Source of the DNA: Chitinophagaceae bacterium
Lineage (GTDB): Bacteria > Bacteroidota > Bacteroidia > Chitinophagales > Chitinophagaceae
Direction of reading: 5' to 3'
NCBI GenBank assembly: GCA_036005825.1
Contig: DASYQG010000691.1
Location: forward strand, 1 to 49,677
DNA length: 49,677 nucleotides
Under the pieces are notes generated by a model. The model was not told the origin of the DNA. It made no database searches and was given only the letters and a program-made list of their open reading frames with translations. The translations under genes and the position numbers were made by a program. Below are positions 27,934 through 36,011 of the stretch, piece by piece. How positions within the stretch are numbered: position 1 is the stretch's first letter; every line of letters begins with the position of its first letter.

Positions 27934-29355
27934 TTGGAAATAATCATGTACGCTATAGTTGACATAGAGACCACAGGAAGTTACGCATCGGCTAACGGAA
28001 TTACCGAAGTAGCCATTTATGTTTTTGATGGCAATAAGGTTGTGAAAAAATTTGAATCGCTGATCAATCCCTTGCAACCGATCCCGAGATATATACAATC
28101 TTTCACAGGTATTACTGATGAAATGGTGGCCAATGCCCCACAATTTGATGATGTGGCAGAAGATATTTTCGGTATTTTAAATGAAAATATTTTTATTGCC
28201 CATAATGTAAATTTTGATTACAGCTTTATAAAAAGTCATTTATTAAAAGCTGGGTTTGATCTGAAATCAAAAAAACTTTGTACAGTCAGGTTAAGCAGAA
28301 GAATATTTCCAGGTTTTCCATCTTATAGTCTTGGAAATCTTTGCCGTTCCCTTGAAATTGACATCAATAACCGGCATCGTGCCGGCGGAGATGCCGAAGC
28401 AACGGTAAAAGTTTTCAGCAAGCTTTTGGAAAATGATAAAGAAGATTTTATTTCAAAAAGTTTATTACGGAATTCAAAGGAACAATCGTTGCCTCCTAAT
28501 GTGCCCAAACAACATTTTGAAGTTTTGCCAACAACACCCGGCGTTTATTATTTTCATGATGTAAAAGGAAAAATAATTTATGTGGGAAAAGCGATCAATA
28601 TTCGTAGCCGTGTCAATAGTCATTTCAGCAACAACTCTGAAACAAGGCAAAAACAAAATTTTATTACGCATATTCATTCCATCAGTTTTAAAAGCTGTGC
28701 CACAGAATTGATGGCAAGTATTCTTGAATCTGTTGAAATAAAAAAATATTGGCCCAAATTCAACTACTCACAAAAGCATTGGGAAGATGTTTTTGGCATT
28801 TATACTTACGAGGACAGGAATGGCTTTCTTCGTCTAATCATTGAAAAAAATAAAAAGAACCTTAAACCTGTTCATAGTTTTCATAATTTATCGGAAGGAT
28901 ATAGCTGGCTGAGAACTGTTATTGAGGAGTACAAACTTTGCCGCAAATTATGTTTTTTGGAAAAAGGGAATGGTCAGTGTACAGGTATAGAAAATAAAAC
29001 ATGCAAAGGAGCCTGCATAAAAAAAGAAAGCAGATCATCTTATAATAAACGGGTAAAAAAAGCTATTTCCGAAATGAGTGATGATTCGTCTTATGTTATC
29101 GTTGACAAAGGTCTTGAGGAAGCTCAGTTATCCTGTATACTTGTTGATAATGGGAAATTTTTCGGAATGGGTTATTTGCCATCAGAATATAAATTGTCAA
29201 ATATTGATGATATCAAAGAATATTTAACATCTTACAGGGGAAATAACTACATCCGGAATCTCCTCACCGGTCATAAAGAAAAATTTCCTGCTGCGATCAT
29301 TGATTTTACCGGGAGAAATAATAAAAAACAGAAACAAAAAGACTTGAACTTATAA
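27934..29355 (+). CDS. DnaQ-like 3'-5' exonuclease fused to a GIY-YIG nuclease domain
   Basis: Exo motifs YAIVDIETTG, IAHNVNFDYSF, HRAGGDAEAT. GIY-YIG block PGVYYFHDVKGKIIYVGKAINIRSRVNSH. The start could be 27946 (MYAIVD). Confidence 0.8.
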   Translation: MEIIMYAIVDIETTGSYASANGITEVAIYVFDGNKVVKKFESLINPLQPIPRYIQSFTGITDEMVANAPQFDDVAEDIFGILNENIFIAHNVNFDYSFIKSHLLKAGFDLKSKKLCTVRLSRRIFPGFPSYSLGNLCRSLEIDINNRHRAGGDAEATVKVFSKLLENDKEDFISKSLLRNSKEQSLPPNVPKQHFEVLPTTPGVYYFHDVKGKIIYVGKAINIRSRVNSHFSNNSETRQKQNFITHIHSISFKSCATELMASILESVEIKKYWPKFNYSQKHWEDVFGIYTYEDRNGFLRLIIEKNKKNLKPVHSFHNLSEGYSWLRTVIEEYKLCRKLCFLEKGNGQCTGIENKTCKGACIKKESRSSYNKRVKKAISEMSDDSSYVIVDKGLEEAQLSCILVDNGKFFGMGYLPSEYKLSNIDDIKEYLTSYRGNNYIRNLLTGHKEKFPAAIIDFTGRNNKKQKQKDLNL

Positions 29356-29382
29356 ACTATATTTGCTTCCCAAAAATTTTTT

Positions 29383-30348
29383 ATGATAAGAATAATTTGT
29401 TCGATCACATTTTTATGTTTTTCAATTACGATATTCTCACAAAAACCAAAAACGGTTACAGTTAGCACTCAAAAGCCAACTGCACCAAAACCCGTAGCAC
29501 CCAAACTACTGAAAGACCTGCGTGATTCTGCAAGCTATACTGCAGGAATACATATAGTGAATAAATACCGCTCTCAGAATATTTACAATTTTAACGGCGC
29601 AGTTGTTGCAAAGGCGTGTAATGATCTGCAATCAAATAACCCGCAACTGATAACTAATTCTGATGCAGATAGTGCAGTAATGGCTTATCAAAGTCAATTA
29701 ATGGCGGATCCGAAAAAGACGGTGAAGCCACCTGTAACAGGTGTTGTTTTAAATGATATGAGAGATTCGGCGAGCTATGCAGCCGGTATTTATCTTATAA
29801 GCTTTTTTCGTGAATTTGATATTACCAATTTTAATCCTGCCATTATAACAACAGCTATTAACGATCTGCAAAGTCAAAAAAAACCTTTGCTGAATGACAG
29901 CCTTGCAAATATGGTTGCCATGAGGTACCAGTCAAAATTACAGGAAGTAAAAAATAAACCAAACATCGATGCTGGGAAAAAATTTTTAGCAGAAAATAAA
30001 AAAAGACCCGGTGTAAAAGTTACACCAAGTGGCTTGCAGTACGAGATCATTACAGTTGGAACGGGAAATAAGCCCACAAAAAAAGACAAAGTATCTTGTA
30101 ATTACACAGGTGCATTTATTGATGGCACTGAATTTAATAATTCCTATAAAATGGGAGGCCCTATTTCATTTGACGTAAATGGAGTAATCAAAGGCTGGAC
30201 CGAAGCCTTGCAGATGATGCCTGTAGGTTCAAAATGGAAGTTGTATGTTCCTTATAATTTGGCATATGGCCCGGGGCAATATCAAACAATACCCGGTGGA
30301 TCTGCATTGGTCTTTGAAATAGACCTGCTCGAGATCGTGAGTAAATGA
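29383..30348 (+). CDS. FKBP-type peptidyl-prolyl isomerase with duplicated N-terminal (FKBP_N-like) domain
   Basis: C-terminus VKVTPSGLQYEIITVGTGNKP...NGVIKGWTEALQMMPVGSKWKLYVP...ALVFEIDLLEI. Two N-terminal copies of L.D.RDSASY.AGI.......NFN.A......NDLQS. Confidence 0.85.
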   Translation: MIRIICSITFLCFSITIFSQKPKTVTVSTQKPTAPKPVAPKLLKDLRDSASYTAGIHIVNKYRSQNIYNFNGAVVAKACNDLQSNNPQLITNSDADSAVMAYQSQLMADPKKTVKPPVTGVVLNDMRDSASYAAGIYLISFFREFDITNFNPAIITTAINDLQSQKKPLLNDSLANMVAMRYQSKLQEVKNKPNIDAGKKFLAENKKRPGVKVTPSGLQYEIITVGTGNKPTKKDKVSCNYTGAFIDGTEFNNSYKMGGPISFDVNGVIKGWTEALQMMPVGSKWKLYVPYNLAYGPGQYQTIPGGSALVFEIDLLEIVSK

Positions 30349-31359
30349 TCAATCAAGATTATGTTTCATTTCAGCGATCTGTGAACGGGTACCAAACACA
30401 ATTACTTTGCAGCCTTCAGTTACCAGCGTTTCACCAGGTGGATTAATAATAAATTTACCTTCCTTGTTTTTTATTCCTAAACAATTCACTCCTGTTTTAT
30501 TCCATTCCATTACTATTTTAAGTGATTTATCTTTTATCGCTGGAGGTAATTGGTTATAAGGAACGGATTCCATATTTACTGATTCACCATCTTCACTTGA
30601 AAGAAAATCCATGAACTCGATCACATCAGGTTTTGATACAAGAGTTGCCATATGAGAACCGCCGATCTTATCAGGCATAATAACATTATCAGCACCCGCC
30701 TTTCTAAGTTTTGGATAAGAACTTTCCTCCGATGCTCTACTGATGATTTGTAGTTTTTGATTCAGCGCTCTTGCAGAAAGAACGATAAAAACATTATCTG
30801 CATCCACCGGCAATGCAGTTATTAAAGCAACAGCTTTTTCAATACCGGCTTTTTTCAAAAGGTCATCATCAGTTCCATCACCAACCAAATAAACAAGTTC
30901 AGGAAAAAAGGGCAATGCTTTTTCCATTGATCCTTCTTCTTTCTCAATTACCACAAAAGGCATGTTATGATTTTTTAATGTCCTTGCTGCCTGTTGCCCG
31001 TTTCTTCCAAAACCGCAAAGAATAACATGGTTATTTAGTTGAGTAATTGCTTTCATATTCTTTCTCGTTTTAAAATATTTGTTGATCTCACCAGTAATAA
31101 CAAATTGCGTAATGCGTGCAATGGCCCAGGCAAAAGTGATCCAGCTTGTGATCAATAAAAAAATAGTAAACAAACGGCCTGAATCACTCAGCGGTCTTAC
31201 TTCGCTAAACCCGACAGTAGTAATGGCGATCGTGGTCATGTACAACGCTTCCATAAATGTATATCCTTCGATAGCCATATAACCAAAGATGCCAATGAGG
31301 ATAATAAAATGCAGAACAAGGAATGGTTGAAGAAGCCTGTATGTCCAGTGTCCCGGCAT
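30349..31359 (-). CDS. two-TM pore potassium-channel-family protein with RCK (TrkA-N/TrkA-C) domains
   Basis: Pore helix and filter region YMTTIAITTVGFSEV. Rossmann motif VILCGFGRNGQ. There is a C-terminal TrkA-C-like segment. Confidence 0.8.
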   Translation of the reverse strand: MPGHWTYRLLQPFLVLHFIILIGIFGYMAIEGYTFMEALYMTTIAITTVGFSEVRPLSDSGRLFTIFLLITSWITFAWAIARITQFVITGEINKYFKTRKNMKAITQLNNHVILCGFGRNGQQAARTLKNHNMPFVVIEKEEGSMEKALPFFPELVYLVGDGTDDDLLKKAGIEKAVALITALPVDADNVFIVLSARALNQKLQIISRASEESSYPKLRKAGADNVIMPDKIGGSHMATLVSKPDVIEFMDFLSSEDGESVNMESVPYNQLPPAIKDKSLKIVMEWNKTGVNCLGIKNKEGKFIINPPGETLVTEGCKVIVFGTRSQIAEMKHNLD

Positions 31360-31457
31360 TTTTTACTTTCTATAAAAGTAAATTAGTATTGTGGTTTTTA
31401 GAAATGAGTTTGCCCATATCTGTCCATGGTTTTTTTATGAAATTTTCCTTATCGAAA

Positions 31458-31511
31458 TAAAAAAGGGGTGGCTCGAAGACCACCCCCGCCGTTGGTTAAA
31501 ACCTTGTAGTC
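31458..31511 (-). terminator. conserved 3' flank + terminator, copy A (after 31512..33059)
   Basis: Stem ggggtgg (31465-31471), loop ctcgaaga, stem ccacccc (31480-31486). The A-run on plus is the T-run on minus. This is followed toward the gene by cgccgttggttaaaaccttgtagtc, which abuts the stop codon. Confidence 0.85.
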
Positions 31512-33059
31512 TTAACGCTTTTTAACTACTATTTTTTCCACTGTTTGTTCTCCCGTTTCTGTGTCAATAATTCGAATAGTATAAAAACCTGCCGTTAGAT
31601 TATCTATTTGAATATTATTATTAGCAATGCCTTTCCATTGTTTCATAACACGGCCATTCATATCCATAAGTGATACATCCCGGATAGTATTTACATCTGC
31701 AAACACCACATTTACTCTACCATCATTGCTTGGATTTGGATAAATAATGGTTTTCCCTTTTTGCCCACCTGCTCTTACTGCACGTATTGGACTAAAAGCT
31801 TGTTTGCCATCAATATCAATTTGCCGCAAACGATACTGAGATATTCCTTTTGCATTATTAAGATCTGAATATTCATAGTTGAGAAGAGAGCTACTATTGC
31901 CATTCATCGCTTTAGTTGGAACAAACCCCAGGTTTTGCCAAACATTATTGCCAAGATTTCTTTCAATATAAAATCCCCTGCTGTTTACTTCAGTTGCTGT
32001 TTCCCATCGCAAAAGAACAGTAGAATTATTCCGTGAAGCCGTAAATGATCGCAAAGTAACAGGCAATGTAGAACATAGCGCCTCTACTACCGGGGTAACT
32101 AAAGTATTTGAAAACTCTTGTCCTGTAACCTCAACAAATAGTCCCCATTGTGAAAATGGTTCAGTGCAGCAATATGGCGCAGGCAAATTAACAGCACCCG
32201 ATGAATATGGAGTGGAAGAATTCAATGTAATAGTTCCCGAAGTAAATAAAAGTGGATCGTCACCACCCGGTTCTCTTACACCGTCCAAATCATCAGCATA
32301 TACTTTATACACTACATGTATGTCTACAGGACTTGATGATGTAAGACCTACAGAGTATTGAAGAGTTGGGCCGCATAGCTTTTGAAGAGCAATTGTTGGA
32401 TCGCCAAAAGATTGTCCTACACCACAAACATAACATTGCGCTTTCGGATCAGGAGCATTTGAATTAGATCCCCAAACATCTGTTTTGATTATTACAGGAG
32501 TACCGCATGAAGTATTAAGAACTATGGTGATGTTAGTAATCTCAAAATGTAAAGTGTCAGAATTATCTCTTTTGGTTACTATTGCGGTCAATCCTGGAGA
32601 GTTAGAAGGTTGAGTTAGTGCAACACTTGGATCATGCGGAAAAACAGTTGCAATGAAAGCCGTAACATCTAATGGTACATCGGGAGTAAACACAAGATCA
32701 TTCAACCCTTTAAATCCAAAATCAAAAAAAGATTTTCCCGGCTCACCAACCTGGGTCCCTAATTGCAAACTTGTTCCCGGATCGACTGCAGGTGTGTTGC
32801 CGCCGCAATTAAATATGGGAGGATTAGGATAGTCCGCCAACAGCCATGAATGCACAAAAAGATATTTGAAACCCGAATTAGTTATAATGTCAAATGATGC
32901 ATTAAATGTGTATTGACATTGATTAGGACCTAACGGAACCGGCGGCTGTGAGCCTGAGGTTGCCAGGTTAGCAAACGCAATATCGCATTGTGCTTTAAGA
33001 GAATTAAAAGAAAACAGAGCTCCGCTAATTAGAAAAAGAAAGAGTAAAAACTTTTTCAT
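31512..33059 (-). CDS. secreted protein of unknown function, long-head member A of the four-gene family, with T9SS C-terminal sorting domain
   Basis: Signal peptide MKKFLLFLFLISGALFSFNSLKA. Head homologous to 36012..37622. Shared C-terminal module LPVTLRSFTASRNNSTVLLRWETA...IIYPNPSNDGRVNVVF...GFYTIRIIDTETGEQTVEKIVVKKR. Confidence 0.85.
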   Translation of the reverse strand: MKKFLLFLFLISGALFSFNSLKAQCDIAFANLATSGSQPPVPLGPNQCQYTFNASFDIITNSGFKYLFVHSWLLADYPNPPIFNCGGNTPAVDPGTSLQLGTQVGEPGKSFFDFGFKGLNDLVFTPDVPLDVTAFIATVFPHDPSVALTQPSNSPGLTAIVTKRDNSDTLHFEITNITIVLNTSCGTPVIIKTDVWGSNSNAPDPKAQCYVCGVGQSFGDPTIALQKLCGPTLQYSVGLTSSSPVDIHVVYKVYADDLDGVREPGGDDPLLFTSGTITLNSSTPYSSGAVNLPAPYCCTEPFSQWGLFVEVTGQEFSNTLVTPVVEALCSTLPVTLRSFTASRNNSTVLLRWETATEVNSRGFYIERNLGNNVWQNLGFVPTKAMNGNSSSLLNYEYSDLNNAKGISQYRLRQIDIDGKQAFSPIRAVRAGGQKGKTIIYPNPSNDGRVNVVFADVNTIRDVSLMDMNGRVMKQWKGIANNNIQIDNLTAGFYTIRIIDTETGEQTVEKIVVKKR

Positions 33060-33061
33060 GG

Positions 33062-33072
33062 TACAAGGTTTT
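33062..33072. repeat. 5' arm of the inverted motif (tacaaggtttt), 2 nt after the start codon complement of gene A
   Basis: The plus strand reads cat-gg-tacaaggtttt. It is the reverse complement of the aaaaccttgta motif next to the stop codon at 31498-31508. Confidence 0.7.
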
Positions 33073-33366
33073 AAATGAATAAATATGAATAATGGTTACA
33101 AGGGACATGGAAGACAGTCGCATAAGCATAAAAAGTAAACCGTCCAAATGCCGGATGTACAAAAACCTAACCACTATTTTATTTAGGGATTTTCACTATT
33201 TAAATAAGTCATTTTGTGATATCTAAACCTTGAGCTGTGGAGAAATGAGTAACGGTGATTTTAAAAATTGGGGAATATTTTAAACATACTTAAATGTTCA
33301 AGAAAAATAATACCGCTCAGTAAAAGTAAATTTACTGTTCGTTTTTGTTTCAGTATCCATCAATAG

Positions 33367-33417
33367 AAAAGGGGCGGCACGAAAACCGCCCCCGCCGTTG
33401 GTTAAAACCTTGAAGCT
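33367..33417 (-). terminator. conserved 3' flank + terminator, copy B (after 33418..34371)
   Basis: Stem ggggcgg (33371-33377), loop cacgaaaa, stem ccgcccc (33386-33392), then cgccgttggttaaaaccttgaagct abutting the stop. Confidence 0.85.
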
Positions 33418-34371
33418 TTAACGCTTGTTTACAACGAACTTTTGTACTTCCTGTTCGCCGGTTTCATTATTTATTATTCTTGCAGTGTATATACCTGCTG
33501 TAAGATTATTAACCACAATATTATTAGTAATTATCCCTTTCATTTGCTTGATAACGCGGCCACTCATATCGCTAACTGATACATCACGAATACCGTCCAC
33601 ATCATCAAAAACGATGGTGACTTTACCATCGCTGCTTGGGTTAGGATAAATAATGGACTTACTTTTTTGACCCTCGCCTCGTACTGCACGAATTTCACTG
33701 AATTTGGATCTCCTGTCAATGTCAATTTGTTTAATGCGGTATTGACTGATACCTTTCGTTTGATTCAGATCAGCATAAGTATAAGTAAGATCGGATGCGC
33801 TATTACCGCCGGTTGCCTGGCTTGCAATAAACGAAAGAGTTTGCCAGCTGCCGCTGCCGATCAATCGCTGAATTTCAAAACCAAGATTGTTGCTTTCTGT
33901 AGCCGTTGTCCATTTCAAAGCAACTACACTGTTGCTCCGTGAAGCGGTGAACGTGCCGAAGGCAACAGGAAGAGTTCCCTGCTCACCGCATGGAGTTCCA
34001 TTATAAGAAATAAGAAATCTAAAGAGTTCATTATGGCCCTGGAGATTATTATTTCTGTTTGGCCCTGCGTAGTAGCAATATTTTACATCTCCGTTATTTA
34101 GCAATGTTCCCGGACCAAAATTAATGTCTGTCAGTAATTGCTGATTAAGAGGATCAGTAATATCGAAAATGCTGATAATCGCGGGTATACTAAGCGGATC
34201 AATTAACCCATCAAATGATAAAGTTATAGTTCCCGTCGCAGAAGCTCCGTTTACATCCGGGCAGCTACCACCTCCGTTGTTAATTTTATAATCACCGACA
34301 CATGGTGTTTGGGAAGAAACAAGGCTTGCTATTGACACCATCACTAAAGATAAAAGTAGATTCTTTTTCAT
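33418..34371 (-). CDS. secreted protein of unknown function, short-head member B of the four-gene family, with T9SS C-terminal sorting domain
   Basis: Signal peptide. Head QTPCVGDYKINNGGGSCPDVNGASATGTITLSFDG.... The C-terminal ~190 aa are nearly identical to 34721..35674. Confidence 0.85.
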   Translation of the reverse strand: MKKNLLLSLVMVSIASLVSSQTPCVGDYKINNGGGSCPDVNGASATGTITLSFDGLIDPLSIPAIISIFDITDPLNQQLLTDINFGPGTLLNNGDVKYCYYAGPNRNNNLQGHNELFRFLISYNGTPCGEQGTLPVAFGTFTASRSNSVVALKWTTATESNNLGFEIQRLIGSGSWQTLSFIASQATGGNSASDLTYTYADLNQTKGISQYRIKQIDIDRRSKFSEIRAVRGEGQKSKSIIYPNPSSDGKVTIVFDDVDGIRDVSVSDMSGRVIKQMKGIITNNIVVNNLTAGIYTARIINNETGEQEVQKFVVNKR

Positions 34372-34384
34372 ACTACAAGGTTTT
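34372..34384. repeat. 5' arm of the inverted motif (actacaaggtttt), abutting the start codon of gene B
   Basis: The plus strand reads cat-actacaaggtttt. Confidence 0.7.
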
Positions 34385-34669
34385 ATGGTTTAAAAAATAA
34401 TTTCCGGTAATCAGAAATAAAGATTAAAAGCCTTGCTGATGATTAAATACAGATAAATTTCAAGTCAATGCCTTTTGGCTTTTCAGAAAAAATATTTGCC
34501 AGACATTGGAGCGGTGCCCATCATAGGTTATGCCTTCAGAAGTTACTAGTCAGAGATTTTGAGAATGAGAATACAAGTCCGGTATCTTCATAAGAGAATG
34601 GAGAGATGAAAATTTTGCATCTTCAAGTTACAAAAAAATAAAAGTGATAAAAAATATTTTATCCAAATA

Positions 34670-34720
34670 AAAAGGGGCGGCTCGAAGACCGCCCCCGCCG
34701 TTGGTTAAAACCTTGAAGCT
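34670..34720 (-). terminator. conserved 3' flank + terminator, copy C (after 34721..35674)
   Basis: Stem ggggcgg (34674-34680), loop ctcgaaga, stem ccgcccc (34689-34695), then cgccgttggttaaaaccttgaagct abutting the stop. Confidence 0.85.
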
Positions 34721-35674
34721 TTAACGCTTGTTTACAACGAACTTTTGTACTTCCTGTTCGCCGGTTTCATTATTTATTATTCTTGCAGTGTATATACCTG
34801 CCGTAAGATTATTAACCACAATATTATTAGTAATTATCCCTTTCATTTGCTTGATAACGCGGCCACTCATATCGCTAACTGATACATCACGAATACCGTC
34901 CACATCTTCAAAAACGATAGTGACTTTACCATCGCTGCTTGGGTTAGGATAAATAATGGACTTACTTTTTTGACCCTCGCCTCGTACTGCACGAATTTCA
35001 CTGAATTTGGATCTTCTGTCAATGTCAATTTGTTTAATGCGGTATTGACTGATACCTTTCGTTTGATTCAGATCAGAATAACTATAAGTAAGATCGGATG
35101 CGCTATTACCGCCGGTTGCCTGGCTTGCAATAAACGAAAGAGTTTGCCAGCTACCGCTGCCGATCAATCGCTGAATTTCAAAACCAAGATTGTTGCTTTC
35201 TGTAGCCGTTGTCCATTTCAAAGCAACTACGCTGTTGCTCCGTGAAGCGGTGAAGGTGCCGAAGGCAACAGGAAGAGCTCCCTGCTCAACACATAAAGCT
35301 CCACCAGCATAAGTAATAAGGAATCTGAACTTTGAATTATGTCCTGCAAGATTATTGTTATTAGCTGGCCCGACGTAGTAGCAAAATTTTACATCGCCGC
35401 TATTAAGCAATAATCCCGGACCATAGGTTATGTCCGTCACTAAAAACTGGTTAAGAGGATCAGTGATATCGAAAACACTGACAATTGTGGGTATATTGAG
35501 CGGATCAACAGGCCCATCGAATGTTAAGGTTATAGTGCCAGTCGCCGAAGTTCCGTTTACATCAGGGCAGCTACCACCACCATTGTTAATTTGGTAATCA
35601 AGAACACAAGGTGTTTGCGAAAAACCAATTACCGATGATACCATCAATAAAAATAAAAGTAGATTCTTTTTCAT
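34721..35674 (-). CDS. secreted protein of unknown function, short-head member C of the four-gene family, with T9SS C-terminal sorting domain
   Basis: Signal peptide. Head QTPCVLDYQINNGGGSCPDVNGTSATGTITLTFDG.... Shared C-terminal module and CTD. Confidence 0.85.
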   Translation of the reverse strand: MKKNLLLFLLMVSSVIGFSQTPCVLDYQINNGGGSCPDVNGTSATGTITLTFDGPVDPLNIPTIVSVFDITDPLNQFLVTDITYGPGLLLNSGDVKFCYYVGPANNNNLAGHNSKFRFLITYAGGALCVEQGALPVAFGTFTASRSNSVVALKWTTATESNNLGFEIQRLIGSGSWQTLSFIASQATGGNSASDLTYSYSDLNQTKGISQYRIKQIDIDRRSKFSEIRAVRGEGQKSKSIIYPNPSSDGKVTIVFEDVDGIRDVSVSDMSGRVIKQMKGIITNNIVVNNLTAGIYTARIINNETGEQEVQKFVVNKR

Positions 35675-35687
35675 GCTTCAAGGTTTT
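35675..35687. repeat. 5' arm of the inverted motif (gcttcaaggtttt), abutting the start codon of gene C
   Basis: The plus strand reads cat-gcttcaaggtttt. It is a perfect 13-nt reverse complement of aaaaccttgaagc at 34707-34719, next to the same gene's stop codon. Confidence 0.75.
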
Positions 35688-35961
35688 ATTAATTAATAAA
35701 AAGATTTACCAGGATCCAGATAAAAACATCCGGGCCGAAGAATAAATATTTTAATCTTTAGACAGCGCCGTTTGGCTTTTCAGGAAAAAGCTCTTGATAG
35801 GATCTTGAAGTCGCAGGATCACAGGTTACGATTAAAGAATTTACTGGTCAGAATGTTTGGCGGAGATAAAATCAATCCCGGGTTTCTCAATGGAGAGTAA
35901 AGTAGTGTAAATTATAGATTTAAGGTAGCAAAAATTTTAACTGATAAAAAAAATTATTTAA

Positions 35962-36011
35962 AAAAGGGGTGGCTCGAAGACCACCCCCGCCGTTGGTTAA
36001 AACCTTGAGCT
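35962..36011 (-). terminator. conserved 3' flank + terminator, copy D (after 36012..37622)
   Basis: Stem ggggtgg (35966-35972), loop ctcgaaga, stem ccacccc (35981-35987), then cgccgttggttaaaaccttgagct abutting the stop. Confidence 0.85.

Noticed and set aside
31465-31486. The terminator loop contains TTCGA (gene sense GGGGTGG-TCTTCGAG-CCACCCC), reminiscent of a tRNA T-arm
   Set aside because: There are no acceptor, D or anticodon arms around it. The stem is 7 bp with an 8-nt loop, and the T-run that follows fits an intrinsic terminator.
33060-36011. The spacers flanked by inverted arms, considered as bona fide invertible promoters (invertons)
   Set aside because: This is not rejected outright and is kept as one hypothesis in the findings. 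I do not call it a feature, for three reasons. The invariant core is only 9 nt. No tyrosine or serine recombinase gene lies in the window. The arms sit exactly at the start and stop codons, which fits an RNA-level or cassette-boundary role at least as well.
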